A stretch of DNA of 60,773 bases, counting the filler. It is 5 parts of 5 records of this genome, joined end to end, with 100 filler letters (N's around TTAATTAATTAA, not from the genome) between each part and the next. Parts side by side here need not be neighbours in the genome. Positions count along the whole stretch, not along the records: positions 11,383 to 26,138 come from DRR723986_43361; positions 26,239 to 33,392 come from DRR723986_43429; 3 more parts are not named here. The stretch is one strand, 5' to 3'. Position 1 is the first letter of the stretch; each line of letters opens with the position of its first letter. Shown piece by piece: positions 18,121-29,018 of this stretch. Below the pieces are notes generated by a model that was given only the letters and a program-made list of their open reading frames with translations, had not been told where the DNA came from and made no database searches. The position numbers and the translations under genes are program-made.

Positions 18121-20169
18121 ATGAAAAAAATACTTTGGCCTGCACTTTTGTTAATTCTTACTTTCTGTCAAGAAAAAGTTGCTCCACCTACCCCTGTTCT
18201 TCCCGTTCCAGATGCAAAGCAGATTGCTTGGCAAGAATTGGAATATTACGGTTTTGTGCACTTCAATATGAATACATTCTCAGATAGAGAGTGGGGATTT
18301 GGTGATGAGAAACCAGAGATGTTTAATCCAACTGATCTCCAGCCTAGGCAATGGGCTCAGGTAGCTGCCGAAGCTGGTATGAAAGGATTGATCATCACGG
18401 CTAAGCACCACGATGGATTTGTCCTTTGGCCTTCGGCTTATACAGAGCATTCGATTAAAAATAGCCCTTGGAAGGATGGAAAGGGTGATTTGATCAAAGA
18501 ATTGGCTGAAGCATGTAAGGAATACGGGTTGAAGTTCGGGATTTACTATTCGCCTTGGGATAGAAATCACCCTGACTATGGCAAGCCGGAATACATCACC
18601 TACATGAGGAATCAATTGACAGAATTGCTTAGCAACTATGGAGATATTTTCGAAGTCTGGTTTGACGGAGCAAACGGCGGAGACGGTTATTATGGTGGAG
18701 CAAATGAGGCTAGAAAAGTAGATAAACTAACGTATTATGATTGGCCAAATACCTATAAGCTTGTGCGTGAGTTGCAGCCGGGAGCCATGTTATTTAGCGA
18801 TGGCGGGCCTGACGTACGTTGGGTAGGAAATGAGCATGGCTTTGCCTATGAGACAACTTGGTCAAATTTAATGCGTGACTCTGTCTATGCTGGTATGCCG
18901 GAGTATCCCGAAAAATATGCTTCAGGTCAAGAAAATGGTACGCATTGGGTTCCCGCGGAAGCTGATGTTTCCATTCGCCCAGGATGGTATTATCATAAAT
19001 ATGAAGATCACAAGGTCAGGTCACTTGAACAGCTTCTGGAAATCTACTATAAAAGTATCGGTAGAAACAGCTCTTTACTGATCAACTTTCCCGTGGACAC
19101 GCGTGGCTTGATTCACGAAAATGATGTGGAGGCGATTTTAAAATTTGGTGAAAAAATGAAAGAGGACTTTGCTGTAAATCTTGCAGCCCAAGCCAGCGTA
19201 AGTGCTGATGAGGAGAGAGGAGCTGGATATGAGGCCGAAAATATTCAAGATGAAAATTATGAAAGCTATTGGACTATTCCTGATGGAGGAAAAACTGGAG
19301 AGATCACTATAGATTTTGGTAGAGAAACGACTTTCAATAGACTTTTAATTCAGGAATACACCCCTCTTGGCCAGCGAGTGAAAGCATTTGTCCTTGAGAA
19401 AGAATCTGGTGAAACCTGGGAGAAAATCGCTGAAGGAACGACCGTTGGTCACAAAAGAATTCTCAGATTTCCTGATGTCACAGCGACAAAGGTTAGGGTG
19501 AGATTCACCGATGGGAAGGATATTCCGGTTATTTCAGAGATAGGAATTTACAATGCACCTAAGCTCTTACTTCCTCCAAGCTATTCCAGAGCTACGACAG
19601 GTGATGTGTCTTTAAGCGCTCCGGACGAAGGATTGGAAATCTATTACACTGTAGATGGATCAGAACCAAGCGTAGCAAGTCAGCAATATTCTGAGCCTTT
19701 CCAAATCGAACAAGCAAGTACTTTGCAAGCAATTTCTATCGATCCAGCTACTGGTAAGAAAAGCGAGTCACTTCGAATTGATGTGGATTTAGCAAAATCA
19801 AAATGGGTCGGCTCAACGGAAAAATCTGCCAAAGCAATTGACGAAAACGCCGGGTCTTACTTTACCAGTGAGAATAATATTCTTACCGTGGACTTAGGTG
19901 AATCGGTTTCTTTGAAAGGTTTCACCTACTTGCCTATGCAGGGAAGATATCCAAGTGGGTTTATTACCAATTTTGTGTTTGAAGTAAGTGAAAATGGCAC
20001 TTCATGGAAGCAGGTAGCTTCAGGAGAATTTTCAAATATCGTCAATAGTCCAATCGAGCAAACCATCAGATTTGATGCTGTTAATGCACACTTTATCCGC
20101 TTGAAAGCAATAAAAACTGCAGATGGAAATCCTGCGACTTTTGCTGAAATAGGTGTCCTGACAAAATAA
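18121..20169 (+). CDS. Alpha-L-fucosidase GH29 with F5/8-type-C and FN3-associated domains
   Basis: TAKHHDGF, YYSPWDR, VWFDGANG, DVSIRPGW; IYYTVDGSEP. Confidence 0.93.
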   Translation: MKKILWPALLLILTFCQEKVAPPTPVLPVPDAKQIAWQELEYYGFVHFNMNTFSDREWGFGDEKPEMFNPTDLQPRQWAQVAAEAGMKGLIITAKHHDGFVLWPSAYTEHSIKNSPWKDGKGDLIKELAEACKEYGLKFGIYYSPWDRNHPDYGKPEYITYMRNQLTELLSNYGDIFEVWFDGANGGDGYYGGANEARKVDKLTYYDWPNTYKLVRELQPGAMLFSDGGPDVRWVGNEHGFAYETTWSNLMRDSVYAGMPEYPEKYASGQENGTHWVPAEADVSIRPGWYYHKYEDHKVRSLEQLLEIYYKSIGRNSSLLINFPVDTRGLIHENDVEAILKFGEKMKEDFAVNLAAQASVSADEERGAGYEAENIQDENYESYWTIPDGGKTGEITIDFGRETTFNRLLIQEYTPLGQRVKAFVLEKESGETWEKIAEGTTVGHKRILRFPDVTATKVRVRFTDGKDIPVISEIGIYNAPKLLLPPSYSRATTGDVSLSAPDEGLEIYYTVDGSEPSVASQQYSEPFQIEQASTLQAISIDPATGKKSESLRIDVDLAKSKWVGSTEKSAKAIDENAGSYFTSENNILTVDLGESVSLKGFTYLPMQGRYPSGFITNFVFEVSENGTSWKQVASGEFSNIVNSPIEQTIRFDAVNAHFIRLKAIKTADGNPATFAEIGVLTK

Positions 20170-20188
20170 AATCACAAAGTAAACTAAA

Positions 20189-21577
20189 ATGAAATCCCAA
20201 TTAGGTCTAATTCTGGGAGCTGCTCTTTTGCTAGCTTCCTGTGCCAAAGAAGAAAAAAAGGTTGCTCCAACTAAGCCCAATGTTATTGTAATCCTTTCGG
20301 ACGATCAAGGCACGCTGGATTTGAATAGTTATGGTTCAACTGATTTATCCACACCAAACCTTGACCGATTGGCAGCTTCGGGAGTACGATTCACTCAATT
20401 CTATGCTGTGGCGCCGGTTTGCTCACCTTCCAGAGCTGGACTTTTGACGGGAAGGTATAATTACAATGCAGGGCTCTATGGAAACGTGGATATTCCTGCT
20501 CATGACCCGGAAGGAAAGTCAGGTATGCCAACCGAGCAAATTACTATGGCTGAGCTATTCAAACCGGCAGGTTATAGAACAGCTTCCATCGGTAAATGGC
20601 ATTTGGGACATACCCCAGAACAGCTTCCAAACGGTCAAGGTTTCGATTATTTCTTCGGGCACCAAAGAGGCTGTATCGATAATTACTCCCATTATTTCTT
20701 CTGGAGCGGGCCAAATCTTCACGATTTGTATCAAAACGAGAAAGAAATCTATCGTCCTGGCGAATTCTTTGGCGACTTGATGGTGGAGGAAGTGAAGGAG
20801 TTTACTCAACCTTCGGCAGATCCCTTTTTCATCTATTGGGCGATCAATATGCCTCACTATCCATATCAGGGCAGACCTAGTTGGTTGGAGCATTATAAGG
20901 ATTTACCAAGTCCGCGTAAGGAATATGCAGCTTTTATTTCCACGTTGGATGAGTTGGTAGGAAATGTATTGGATCATTTGGAGGAAACGGGTCAGTTGGA
21001 TAATACAATTATCGTCTTCCAATCCGATCATGGACACAGCACAGAAGAACGTGCCTATTTTGGTGGAGGTAATGCCGGGCCTTTCAATGGCGCAAAGTTC
21101 AGCATGCTGGAAGGAGGTATTCGAGTACCTGCGATCATTTCCTGGCCAGGTGGTGATCTTCCCAAAGGCGAAGTAAGAAATCAATGGGCTGGAAGTGTGG
21201 ATTGGTTTCCCACACTTGCTGACTTGGCAGAAGTAGAAATGCCAAATGCAGCGGATATGGATGGCATCAGCTTAAGAGATGTCATCTACGATAACGCACC
21301 TTCTGGACATGATGTGATGCATTGGGTTACTGGCAACCCTGAAGTAACTACCAACTCTTGGGCAGTTCGAAAAGGACCGTGGAAACTACTTGGCAACCCT
21401 CGTGATCCTGCCAAGAAATTGACATTTACCGAGGAGGACGAACTCTATCTGGTCAATTTGTCTCAGGACAGCACGGAATCCAAAAATCTAAAATTGGAAT
21501 ATCCTGAGGTTACAGCAGAATTATTACTTCTACATGAGGATTGGCTTAAAGGAGTTTTGGACTCCAAATCAAAATAA
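20189..21577 (+). CDS. S1 sulfatase (lipoprotein)
   Basis: PNVIVILSDD, CSPSRAGLLTG formylglycine motif, GKWHLG; LLASC lipobox. Confidence 0.95.
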   Translation: MKSQLGLILGAALLLASCAKEEKKVAPTKPNVIVILSDDQGTLDLNSYGSTDLSTPNLDRLAASGVRFTQFYAVAPVCSPSRAGLLTGRYNYNAGLYGNVDIPAHDPEGKSGMPTEQITMAELFKPAGYRTASIGKWHLGHTPEQLPNGQGFDYFFGHQRGCIDNYSHYFFWSGPNLHDLYQNEKEIYRPGEFFGDLMVEEVKEFTQPSADPFFIYWAINMPHYPYQGRPSWLEHYKDLPSPRKEYAAFISTLDELVGNVLDHLEETGQLDNTIIVFQSDHGHSTEERAYFGGGNAGPFNGAKFSMLEGGIRVPAIISWPGGDLPKGEVRNQWAGSVDWFPTLADLAEVEMPNAADMDGISLRDVIYDNAPSGHDVMHWVTGNPEVTTNSWAVRKGPWKLLGNPRDPAKKLTFTEEDELYLVNLSQDSTESKNLKLEYPEVTAELLLLHEDWLKGVLDSKSK

Positions 21578-21644
21578 GGTGGAAATTAATAATTGATTTG
21601 TCTATTTTGAAGGCAAAGTTTATTACCCATAACTTAGTTATAAC

Positions 21645-22217
21645 ATGAACAGACGAATCGCACTTAGGCATCTCGCGCTGATTTCTGGAGGACTTGCCCT
21701 AATTCCTTCCTGCGACTTCAGCTCAGACGATATTCTTGCCGCATATGAAAATCTCAAGGTTACTGCTTCGCAAAAGCAACTTTTGGGAGACATCTCCAAT
21801 ACAATAATACCAGCAGGTGAACTCAAAGGTGCTTTAGAGTTGGAAGTACCTGACTTCATTCTCGTAATGGTGAATGATTGTATGACTTCGGATAATCAGG
21901 TTCTTTTCAGTACCGGATTAGCAGCTTTTTCTGAATACGCCAAGAATACATCAGGCAAAAAATATGATAATCTCAGTAGCAAGGAGAAAGAAGATCTGAT
22001 CCAACAGGGAATTGATTTGAAGCCTGCTGAAACGCCTGAAGGTGAAAAAGAACGAGCTATCTCTTATTTCCTTAATACAACCAAGAGATTAACCATGCAG
22101 GGTTATATGGCCTCAGAGTATATTCAGACGGAAATCATTCCTTATTCACTTATCCCTGGGCCATACAACGGTGCAGCATTAATCTCAGAAACTCAAAAAC
22201 CTAGAATCAATGGCTAA
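21645..22217 (+). CDS. Gluconate 2-dehydrogenase subunit 3 family protein (Tat signal)
   Basis: MNRRIALR; GYMASE...YSLIPGPY; overlaps the GMC gene. Confidence 0.85.
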   Translation: MNRRIALRHLALISGGLALIPSCDFSSDDILAAYENLKVTASQKQLLGDISNTIIPAGELKGALELEVPDFILVMVNDCMTSDNQVLFSTGLAAFSEYAKNTSGKKYDNLSSKEKEDLIQQGIDLKPAETPEGEKERAISYFLNTTKRLTMQGYMASEYIQTEIIPYSLIPGPYNGAALISETQKPRING

Positions 22218-23928
22218 TCTGAATATCAGAAACAAACAGGAACGAACGTATCAAGCCATAGTCGTAGGTTCTGGAGCCAGTGGAGGATGGGCAGCCAAGG
22301 AGTTTGGAGACTTGGGGGTGAAAACTCTTTTGCTCGAAAGAGGTAGAAATGTAGAGCATATCAAGGATTATCCTACCACCAACCTTCTTCCTTACGAATT
22401 CAAGCATAGAGGAAAATTACCCCAAAAGGTCCTCGATGAAAACCCTATTGTTTCTAAATGCTACGCCTTTGGAGAAGATTCTGAGCACTTTTTTGCCAAA
22501 GATGCTGAGCAGCCTTACATCCAGGAAAAGCCATTTGACTGGATTAAAGGATATCAGGTAGGTGGAAAATCCCTTCTTTGGGCTAGACAAGTTCAACGCT
22601 GGTCAGACTATGATTTCGAGGGTCCAGCGAGAGATGGATTTGCGGTGGACTGGCCGATTCGATACAAGGATATTGCTCCATGGTACAGCCATGTGGAAAA
22701 GTTTGCGGGTGTTTCTGGAAATCTTGATGGACTAGATACGTTGCCTGATGGGGAATTTTTGCCTGGATATGATTTAAATATTGTAGAGAAGCATTTTGCC
22801 CAAAAGCTAAAAGAAACCTATGGTGGGGATCGACATATGATTTCTGCCAGATGTGCGCACATTCATGAGCCAAGGCCAGAATTTACTGCACAAGGAAGAG
22901 CTTCTTGTCAAAACAGAAATCTTTGTCAGCGGGGATGCCCTTTTGGAGGATATTTCAGTAGCAATTCATCTACTATTCCTTGGGCTTTGAAAAGTGGGAA
23001 CGTTACGCTAAGGCCAGATTCGGTGGTTCATTCAGTTATTTATGATGAGGAAAAAGGTAAGGCAACTGGCGTTAGAGTAATTGATGCACATACTAAAGAA
23101 GTTGAAGAATTCTATGCAGATGTAATCTTTATCAATGCTGCCGCGATTAATTCCAATGCCATTTTGATGAATTCTACTTCTGCTAGATTCCCTAATGGAC
23201 TTGGAAACGACAGTGGGGTGTTGGGTAAATATTTTGCTTTCCATAATTACCGTGCACAAGTAAATGGCTCTTACGAAGGATTTATGGAATACACCACCAC
23301 AGGCGGACGTCCTACCAGTGGTTATATTCCTAGATTTAGAAATGTGAAAAAGCAGGAAACCGATTTTTTACGTGGTTATGCAGGGGGATTTAGTGCTTAT
23401 AGAGGTGGAGGCTACGTAGCTGACGCGAGAGTAGGAATGGATTTGAAAAATAGCATGCTGAATAAAACTCCGCCAGATGGACCTTGGAGAGTTGGCTCAC
23501 ATATGATGGGAGAGACTATCCCTAAAGAGTCGAATTACATTGCTTTGGACAAAGACAAACTTGACCCCTATGGTTTACCTACTTTGAAATTCAATGTGTC
23601 TTACGATGACAATGATGAGAAGATGATCTTGGATTATCAGGAGCAGGTTTCCGAAATGTTTGAGAAAGCAGGATTTACAGACATTAGGGTAAATGACGAT
23701 CATAGAACCCCAGGATTGGATATTCACGAAATGGGGGGCGTAAGAATGGGCAAGGATCCAAAAACGTCTATGCTCAATGGCAATCATCAGCTACATGCCG
23801 TCCCAAATGTATATGTGACCGACGGTGCTTGCATGACTTCTACCTCTACCCAAAATCCTACATTGACCTACATGGCATTTGCAGCGAGAGCTGCGCACCA
23901 CGCAGTGAATGAAAGCAAGAAAGGTTGA
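22210..23928 (+). CDS. GMC oxidoreductase (glycoside-3-dehydrogenase-like flavoprotein)
   Basis: IVVGSGASGG; Cys cluster CQNRNLCQRGC; HEMGGVRMG; QNPTLTYMA. Confidence 0.92.
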   Translation: MANLNIRNKQERTYQAIVVGSGASGGWAAKEFGDLGVKTLLLERGRNVEHIKDYPTTNLLPYEFKHRGKLPQKVLDENPIVSKCYAFGEDSEHFFAKDAEQPYIQEKPFDWIKGYQVGGKSLLWARQVQRWSDYDFEGPARDGFAVDWPIRYKDIAPWYSHVEKFAGVSGNLDGLDTLPDGEFLPGYDLNIVEKHFAQKLKETYGGDRHMISARCAHIHEPRPEFTAQGRASCQNRNLCQRGCPFGGYFSSNSSTIPWALKSGNVTLRPDSVVHSVIYDEEKGKATGVRVIDAHTKEVEEFYADVIFINAAAINSNAILMNSTSARFPNGLGNDSGVLGKYFAFHNYRAQVNGSYEGFMEYTTTGGRPTSGYIPRFRNVKKQETDFLRGYAGGFSAYRGGGYVADARVGMDLKNSMLNKTPPDGPWRVGSHMMGETIPKESNYIALDKDKLDPYGLPTLKFNVSYDDNDEKMILDYQEQVSEMFEKAGFTDIRVNDDHRTPGLDIHEMGGVRMGKDPKTSMLNGNHQLHAVPNVYVTDGACMTSTSTQNPTLTYMAFAARAAHHAVNESKKG

Positions 23929-23949
23929 TTGAGCATTCAATTGATTGGT

Positions 23950-23988
23950 AAAAACCCTTAGGAAAACTTGTATTCCTAAGGGTTTTTT
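23950..23988 (+). terminator. Intrinsic terminator
   Basis: AAAAACCCTTAGGAA...TTCCTAAGGGTTTTTT. Confidence 0.85.
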
Positions 23989-24227
23989 GATTTTGAACAG
24001 TAATAAAAAATTGCTGGAAGTGTTGGTTTTCAGAGGTTTTCATATAAAAGTCTTGATTAATTGGTTAATTGACTTAGAATTTGAACAAAATAGGGGTTAA
24101 CGCGTGTTAAAAATCAGGTTTATAAACCAGCCCACACAAATATGAAATCGAGCACTCCTTTATCCTTTCTGGAAGATGTTAAAAAGAGCGAGATTCCTTG
24201 TGGCCTTTTATTGAAAATTATTTGCAC

Positions 24228-25364
24228 ATGAAAATAGGCATTGTTTGCTACCCGACCTTTGGAGGTAGTGGAGTAGTAGCGACAGAATTAGGTAAAGGTC
24301 TTGCGAAAATTGGTCATGAGGTTCATTTCATTACCTATAAGCAACCTACCCGATTAGACTTTTTTAGCGAAAATCTATACTACCATGAGGTGGATATAAA
24401 AAGTTATCCTCTTTTTGAACATGCTCCCTATGAGCTGGCTCTAGCTAGTAAAATGGTTAGTGTAGTTAAGTACGAAAAATTGGATTTGCTCCACGTTCAT
24501 TACGCTATTCCTCATGCATCTGCTGCATACATGGCTAAGCAAATTCTAAAAACTCAAGGAATTCAAATTCCTGTAGTGACTACCCTTCACGGTACAGATA
24601 TTACTTTGGTGGGTAAAGATCCAAGCTATGAGCCGGTTGTTACTTTCAGTATCAATCAATCCGATGGAGTTACAGCCGTTTCTGAAGACTTAAGGAAGGA
24701 AACTTATGCTTTTTTTGATATACAGCGTGAGATTGAAGTCATTCCAAACTTTATTGATTTGGAACGCTTCAAACGACAAAAGAAGGAGCATTTCAAATTG
24801 GCAATTTGTCCAAATGGTGAAAAACTTTTGGTGCACACCTCCAACTTTAGAAAAGTAAAGCGGGTCGAGGATGTCATTAGAGTATTTTATGAAGTCAGAA
24901 AAGAAATTCCAGCCAAATTATTATTGGTAGGAGACGGTCCTGAAAGAGATAAGATGGAGCGGCTTTGTCGAGAATTGGGTACCTGCGATGATGTCCGTTT
25001 TCTTGGAAAACTAGATGCAGTAGAAGAAGTACTTTCTGTTGCGGATTTATTTTTGATGCCTTCTGAGAAGGAAAGTTTTGGACTGGCAGCATTAGAGGCA
25101 ATGGCATGCGAAGTGCCTATTCTTTCCTCAAATGCAGGGGGGATTCCAGAACTAAACGTGGATGGAGTCACCGGTTTTGTTTCAGAGATTGGAGATATCA
25201 AGTATATGAAGGAAAAAGCGCTCTTTATTTTAGATGATGCAAACCTTCCTACCTTCAAAAAAAATGCCTTGGCAAGAGCTCAGGAATTTGATATTTCCAA
25301 TATTCTACCACATTATGTTGCATATTATCAAAAGACTATCGAATCAACAATGGCACAGATTTGA
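24228..25364 (+). CDS. bshA: N-acetyl-alpha-D-glucosaminyl L-malate synthase (GT4)
   Basis: CYPTFGGSGVVATELG, HVHYAIPHA, TTLHGTDITLVG, ESFGLAALEAM. Confidence 0.93.
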   Translation: MKIGIVCYPTFGGSGVVATELGKGLAKIGHEVHFITYKQPTRLDFFSENLYYHEVDIKSYPLFEHAPYELALASKMVSVVKYEKLDLLHVHYAIPHASAAYMAKQILKTQGIQIPVVTTLHGTDITLVGKDPSYEPVVTFSINQSDGVTAVSEDLRKETYAFFDIQREIEVIPNFIDLERFKRQKKEHFKLAICPNGEKLLVHTSNFRKVKRVEDVIRVFYEVRKEIPAKLLLVGDGPERDKMERLCRELGTCDDVRFLGKLDAVEEVLSVADLFLMPSEKESFGLAALEAMACEVPILSSNAGGIPELNVDGVTGFVSEIGDIKYMKEKALFILDDANLPTFKKNALARAQEFDISNILPHYVAYYQKTIESTMAQI

Positions 25365-25480
25365 TTAAAAACTGATTATTGTCATTAATTTTTCAGTGAC
25401 AAAAGGCCGTTTTGAATTATCTTTGCATGTAGGTTCTTAATTGGATCTCAGAATTTTAGTAAAATTAGAATTAGTAGCGT

Positions 25481-26107
25481 ATGAAAAAGATTGGAAGATT
25501 GGATAAGCCGGACAACTTTGGCACAGCCCAGATGTTCACCAACCCTATTCTTGAGAGGTTAACCCGGACACCGATTTGGATGCCAATTGCCATATTTATC
25601 CTTTTGGGCGGTGTTTCTATATATTTTGGTATTGAGAAAACATCTGTAAGCATTGGAACAGCAGTCGTGTTATTTATAGTTGGCTATATTGGCTTCACTT
25701 TAGTGGAATATATGATGCACAAGCATTTTTTCCACATGGAGCCGAATACCCCTATCAAAGATAAATTGCAATACACTGTACATGGCGTTCACCATGATTA
25801 TCCTAAGGACAAGTACAGACTGGCAATGCCTCCATTTGTGAGTGCTGCCTATGCTGCTATACTTTATCTTATATTTAAATTGACCATGGGAGATTTGGCT
25901 TACTACTTCTTGCCAGGTTTTCTGTTAGGATATGCATTATATCTTGGCATTCACTATTTGGTGCATGCTATGCAGCCACCAAAAAATTTCATGAAAGTAC
26001 TTTGGGTACACCACGCTATTCATCATTATAAAGATCCAGATGTAGCATTTGGAGTGAGTACGCCATTATGGGATTATATACTAGGTACTATCCCTAAGAA
26101 AGATTAA
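25481..26107 (+). CDS. Fatty acid hydroxylase / sterol desaturase family (FA2H-like)
   Basis: His boxes EYxxHKxFFH, HGVHHDYP, HYLVH, HHAIHH; FGVSTPLWD. Confidence 0.9.
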   Translation: MKKIGRLDKPDNFGTAQMFTNPILERLTRTPIWMPIAIFILLGGVSIYFGIEKTSVSIGTAVVLFIVGYIGFTLVEYMMHKHFFHMEPNTPIKDKLQYTVHGVHHDYPKDKYRLAMPPFVSAAYAAILYLIFKLTMGDLAYYFLPGFLLGYALYLGIHYLVHAMQPPKNFMKVLWVHHAIHHYKDPDVAFGVSTPLWDYILGTIPKKD

Positions 26108-26114
26108 TAATCAT

Positions 26115-26138
26115 AAACCTCTCAAATTTGAGAGGTTT
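26115..26138 (+). terminator. Probable terminator hairpin
   Basis: AAACCTCTCAAA/TTTGAGAGGTTT palindrome at the contig end. Confidence 0.7.
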
Positions 26139-26238
26139 NNNNNNNNNNNNNNNNNNNNNNNNNNNNNNNNNNNNNNNNNNNNTTAATTAATTAANNNNNN
26201 NNNNNNNNNNNNNNNNNNNNNNNNNNNNNNNNNNNNNN
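26139..26238. other. Artificial contig linker
   Basis: Same structure; AT-rich to GC-rich switch. Confidence 0.98.
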
Positions 26239-26668
26239 GGTGATGGCCTCGATCAACATCTGGCAATGCCTCGGCCCCGAGGACTGGGCCGAGATCCACG
26301 GCGAGAACGTCGCCCGGGCCCGTGGCCATGGCGGCGATCCCGTCACCTCGGCCTACATGCACCTGTTTCCCGACCTCCTGCGCCCGGACCTGATGCGCAA
26401 GGGCCCCGACAACACGGCCTTCGGCCAGCGGATGCGCGGCCCGTCCGGCATCTCCTTCGAGGGGACGGACGTGAACATGCCGCTCACCGCGAAGGAGTTC
26501 AACGAGGACGGCATGATGGGCGGCGACGCCACCCACTCCAGCCCCGAAATCGGCGCGAAGATCGTCGAGAAGATCACCGCAAAGGTCGCGGCCTTTGCCA
26601 GCTTCTTCCTCCGCTGCGACCCCACCACGCTCGCCGCTCCCGCATCGCCGGTCCCTGCCGATGTCTGA
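26239..26668 (+). CDS. Creatininase/amidohydrolase family, C-terminal part (5' truncated)
   Basis: GHGGDPVTS.Y.HL.PDL, GMMGGDA..S.PEIG. Confidence 0.75.
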
Positions 26669-28274
26669 CGCCCTGCTCACCTACGACAAGCTCAGCGTGC
26701 GGCTGCCCGCCCGCATGGACCGCGAGTTCGCGATCCGCGACCTGTCGCTCAGCCTCAACGCCAACGAGATCCTCTGCGTCGTGGGCGAGAGCGGCTCGGG
26801 CAAGTCCCTCACCGCGCTCTCGACCATGGGGCTGCTCGACCGCCAGTCGCTCACGCCGTCGGGGCGGATCGACTTCATGGGTCGCAACCTTCTCGAGATC
26901 GACGAACAGGAGCGGCGCCGCCTCGTGGGGGCAAAGCTCTCGATGATCTTCCAGGAGCCGATGGCCTCGCTCAACCCCTTCTACAGGGTCGGCGATCAGG
27001 TGGCAGAGACCTTCTCTACCCATACCGACCTGTCGCGGGCCGAGATCCGGGAAAAGGTGCTGGCGCTCTTCGACGAGGTGCTGCTGCCCAACCCCGAACG
27101 CATCTACCGCTCCTATCCGCACGAGTTGTCCGGCGGCCAGTGCCAGCGGGTGATGATCGCCTCGGCGCTGGCGCTCGACCCGGCGGTCCTGATCGCCGAC
27201 GAGCCCACCACGGCGCTCGACGTGACGACCCAGGCGCAGATCCTCAAGCTCATGCTGGCCCTGCGCGAGACGCATCGCACCGGGATCATGTTCATCACCC
27301 ACGATTTCGGCGTCGTGGCCGAGATCGCCGACCGGGTCGCGGTGATGCAGCACGGCAATCTGGTCGAGATCGGGACCGCCGAGGAGGTTCTGCGCAATCC
27401 GCAGCACCCCTACACCAAGGGTCTTCTCTCGGCCGTGCCGATCCTCGAACCGCGCGCCGCGCGGACCGACCTCGGCGAGCAGATCCTCCAGGCTTCGGGC
27501 ATCCGCAAGACCTACACCTTCGGCGGCGCGCGCGGATCGACCGTCTCGCTCAAGGCGGTGGACGACGTGTCGATCACCCTGCGCCGGGGCGAGACCCTGG
27601 GCCTCGTCGGGGAGAGCGGATCGGGCAAGTCCACCCTGTCCCAAAGCATCATCCGCATGGTCGAACCCGACGCGGGCGAAATCGTCATCGACGGCATCGC
27701 GCTGCACACGCTGCGCACGCGCGCCCTGCGCCGCGCCCGGCGGCATGTGCAGATCATCTTTCAGGACCCGAATACCGCGCTGGACCCGCGCCAGAGGGTC
27801 GGCGATGCCATCGCCGAAGGGCCGATCGTGCATGGCATGGCGAAGGGCGCGGCGCTGGAACGGGCGGGCGCGCTGCTCGAGAGCGTTGGGCTCGACGCCT
27901 CGGCCGCGCAGCGGTTTCCGCACCAGTTCTCGGGCGGTCAGCGCCAGCGCATCTGCATCGCGCGCGCCCTCGCCCTCGAACCCGCGCTTCTGATTGCGGA
28001 CGAAAGCGTCTCGGCGCTCGACGTTTCGGTGCAGCGACAGATCCTCGACCTGCTCCACGAGATACAGGGGCGGCTGAAGTTCGGGCTTCTCTTCGTCACC
28101 CACGACCTGCGGGTCGCCTCGCGCATCTGCGACCGGATCGCGGTCATGCAGAAGGGCAAGCTCGTGGAAATCGGCGAACCCATCGACCTCTTTCGATCGC
28201 CCAAGCAGGACTACACCCGCCAACTCCTTTCCGCCGTTCCGGGAACGGCGATGGGTCCGCTCGCAATCCCGTGA
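26661..28274 (+). CDS. Dipeptide/oligopeptide ABC transporter ATP-binding protein, fused DppD/DppF type
   Basis: Two [30 protein letters not shown]. Confidence 0.95.
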   Translation: MSDALLTYDKLSVRLPARMDREFAIRDLSLSLNANEILCVVGESGSGKSLTALSTMGLLDRQSLTPSGRIDFMGRNLLEIDEQERRRLVGAKLSMIFQEPMASLNPFYRVGDQVAETFSTHTDLSRAEIREKVLALFDEVLLPNPERIYRSYPHELSGGQCQRVMIASALALDPAVLIADEPTTALDVTTQAQILKLMLALRETHRTGIMFITHDFGVVAEIADRVAVMQHGNLVEIGTAEEVLRNPQHPYTKGLLSAVPILEPRAARTDLGEQILQASGIRKTYTFGGARGSTVSLKAVDDVSITLRRGETLGLVGESGSGKSTLSQSIIRMVEPDAGEIVIDGIALHTLRTRALRRARRHVQIIFQDPNTALDPRQRVGDAIAEGPIVHGMAKGAALERAGALLESVGLDASAAQRFPHQFSGGQRQRICIARALALEPALLIADESVSALDVSVQRQILDLLHEIQGRLKFGLLFVTHDLRVASRICDRIAVMQKGKLVEIGEPIDLFRSPKQDYTRQLLSAVPGTAMGPLAIP

Positions 28275-28328
28275 AAGACCCCCGGCGCGCCTGACCGCAA
28301 GCCAAGAAGTACAAGGAAGAACAGTCAC

Positions 28329-29018
28329 ATGATCGCAAAATATGTGATCGGGGCCTCGGCCCCGCAGGCCCCCGCTACGCTGTTGAAACGGCTGGAGGAG
28401 GTCGAACTGGCCACCATCGGCCATTTCGCCGATCGCGGGTTCATGGACCCCTCGATCAAGCCTCTCGTCGCGCCCGAAGGGACGATCACCGGCACCGCGG
28501 TGACCGTGGCGATCCCGGGAATGGACAGCACGCTCCTGCAGTATGCCGTTTCGCACCTGCGCGAAGGCGACATCCTCGTCATCGACCGTCTGGGCGACGC
28601 GCGCCACGCCTGCATCGGCGGCGGCGTGGCCGCGGCCATCGCCCGCGCGGGCGGCAAGGCGGCGATCATCGGCGGCCCCTGCACCGACCCGGCCGAGATC
28701 CGCGACATCGGCCTGCCGGTCTGTTCCACCGGCGTCTCCAGCATCACCACCCGCGTCCGCGACGGCGGCGGCGCGCTGAACAAGCCGGTGTCGGTCGGGG
28801 GCGTCCCCGTCCTGCCGGGCGACATCGTCATGATCGACGCCACCGGCGTTCTCGTGCTGCCGCCCGACGAGGCCGAGGCGATCTGCGAGGCCGCGCTGGA
28901 GCGGCAGCACCGGACGGCCGAGATCTTCGCCCGCCTCGCAGCCGGCGAGCGGCCCGCCGCCCCCTCGCCCGCGATCCAGTTCGTCGAAGCCGCCCTGAAA
29001 GGCGAGAGCCATGGATAG
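28329..29018 (+). CDS. RraA / HMG-CHA aldolase-like protein
   Basis: GTAVTV, GDILVID, GGVPVLPGDIVMIDATGV. Confidence 0.85.
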   Translation: MIAKYVIGASAPQAPATLLKRLEEVELATIGHFADRGFMDPSIKPLVAPEGTITGTAVTVAIPGMDSTLLQYAVSHLREGDILVIDRLGDARHACIGGGVAAAIARAGGKAAIIGGPCTDPAEIRDIGLPVCSTGVSSITTRVRDGGGALNKPVSVGGVPVLPGDIVMIDATGVLVLPPDEAEAICEAALERQHRTAEIFARLAAGERPAAPSPAIQFVEAALKGESHG

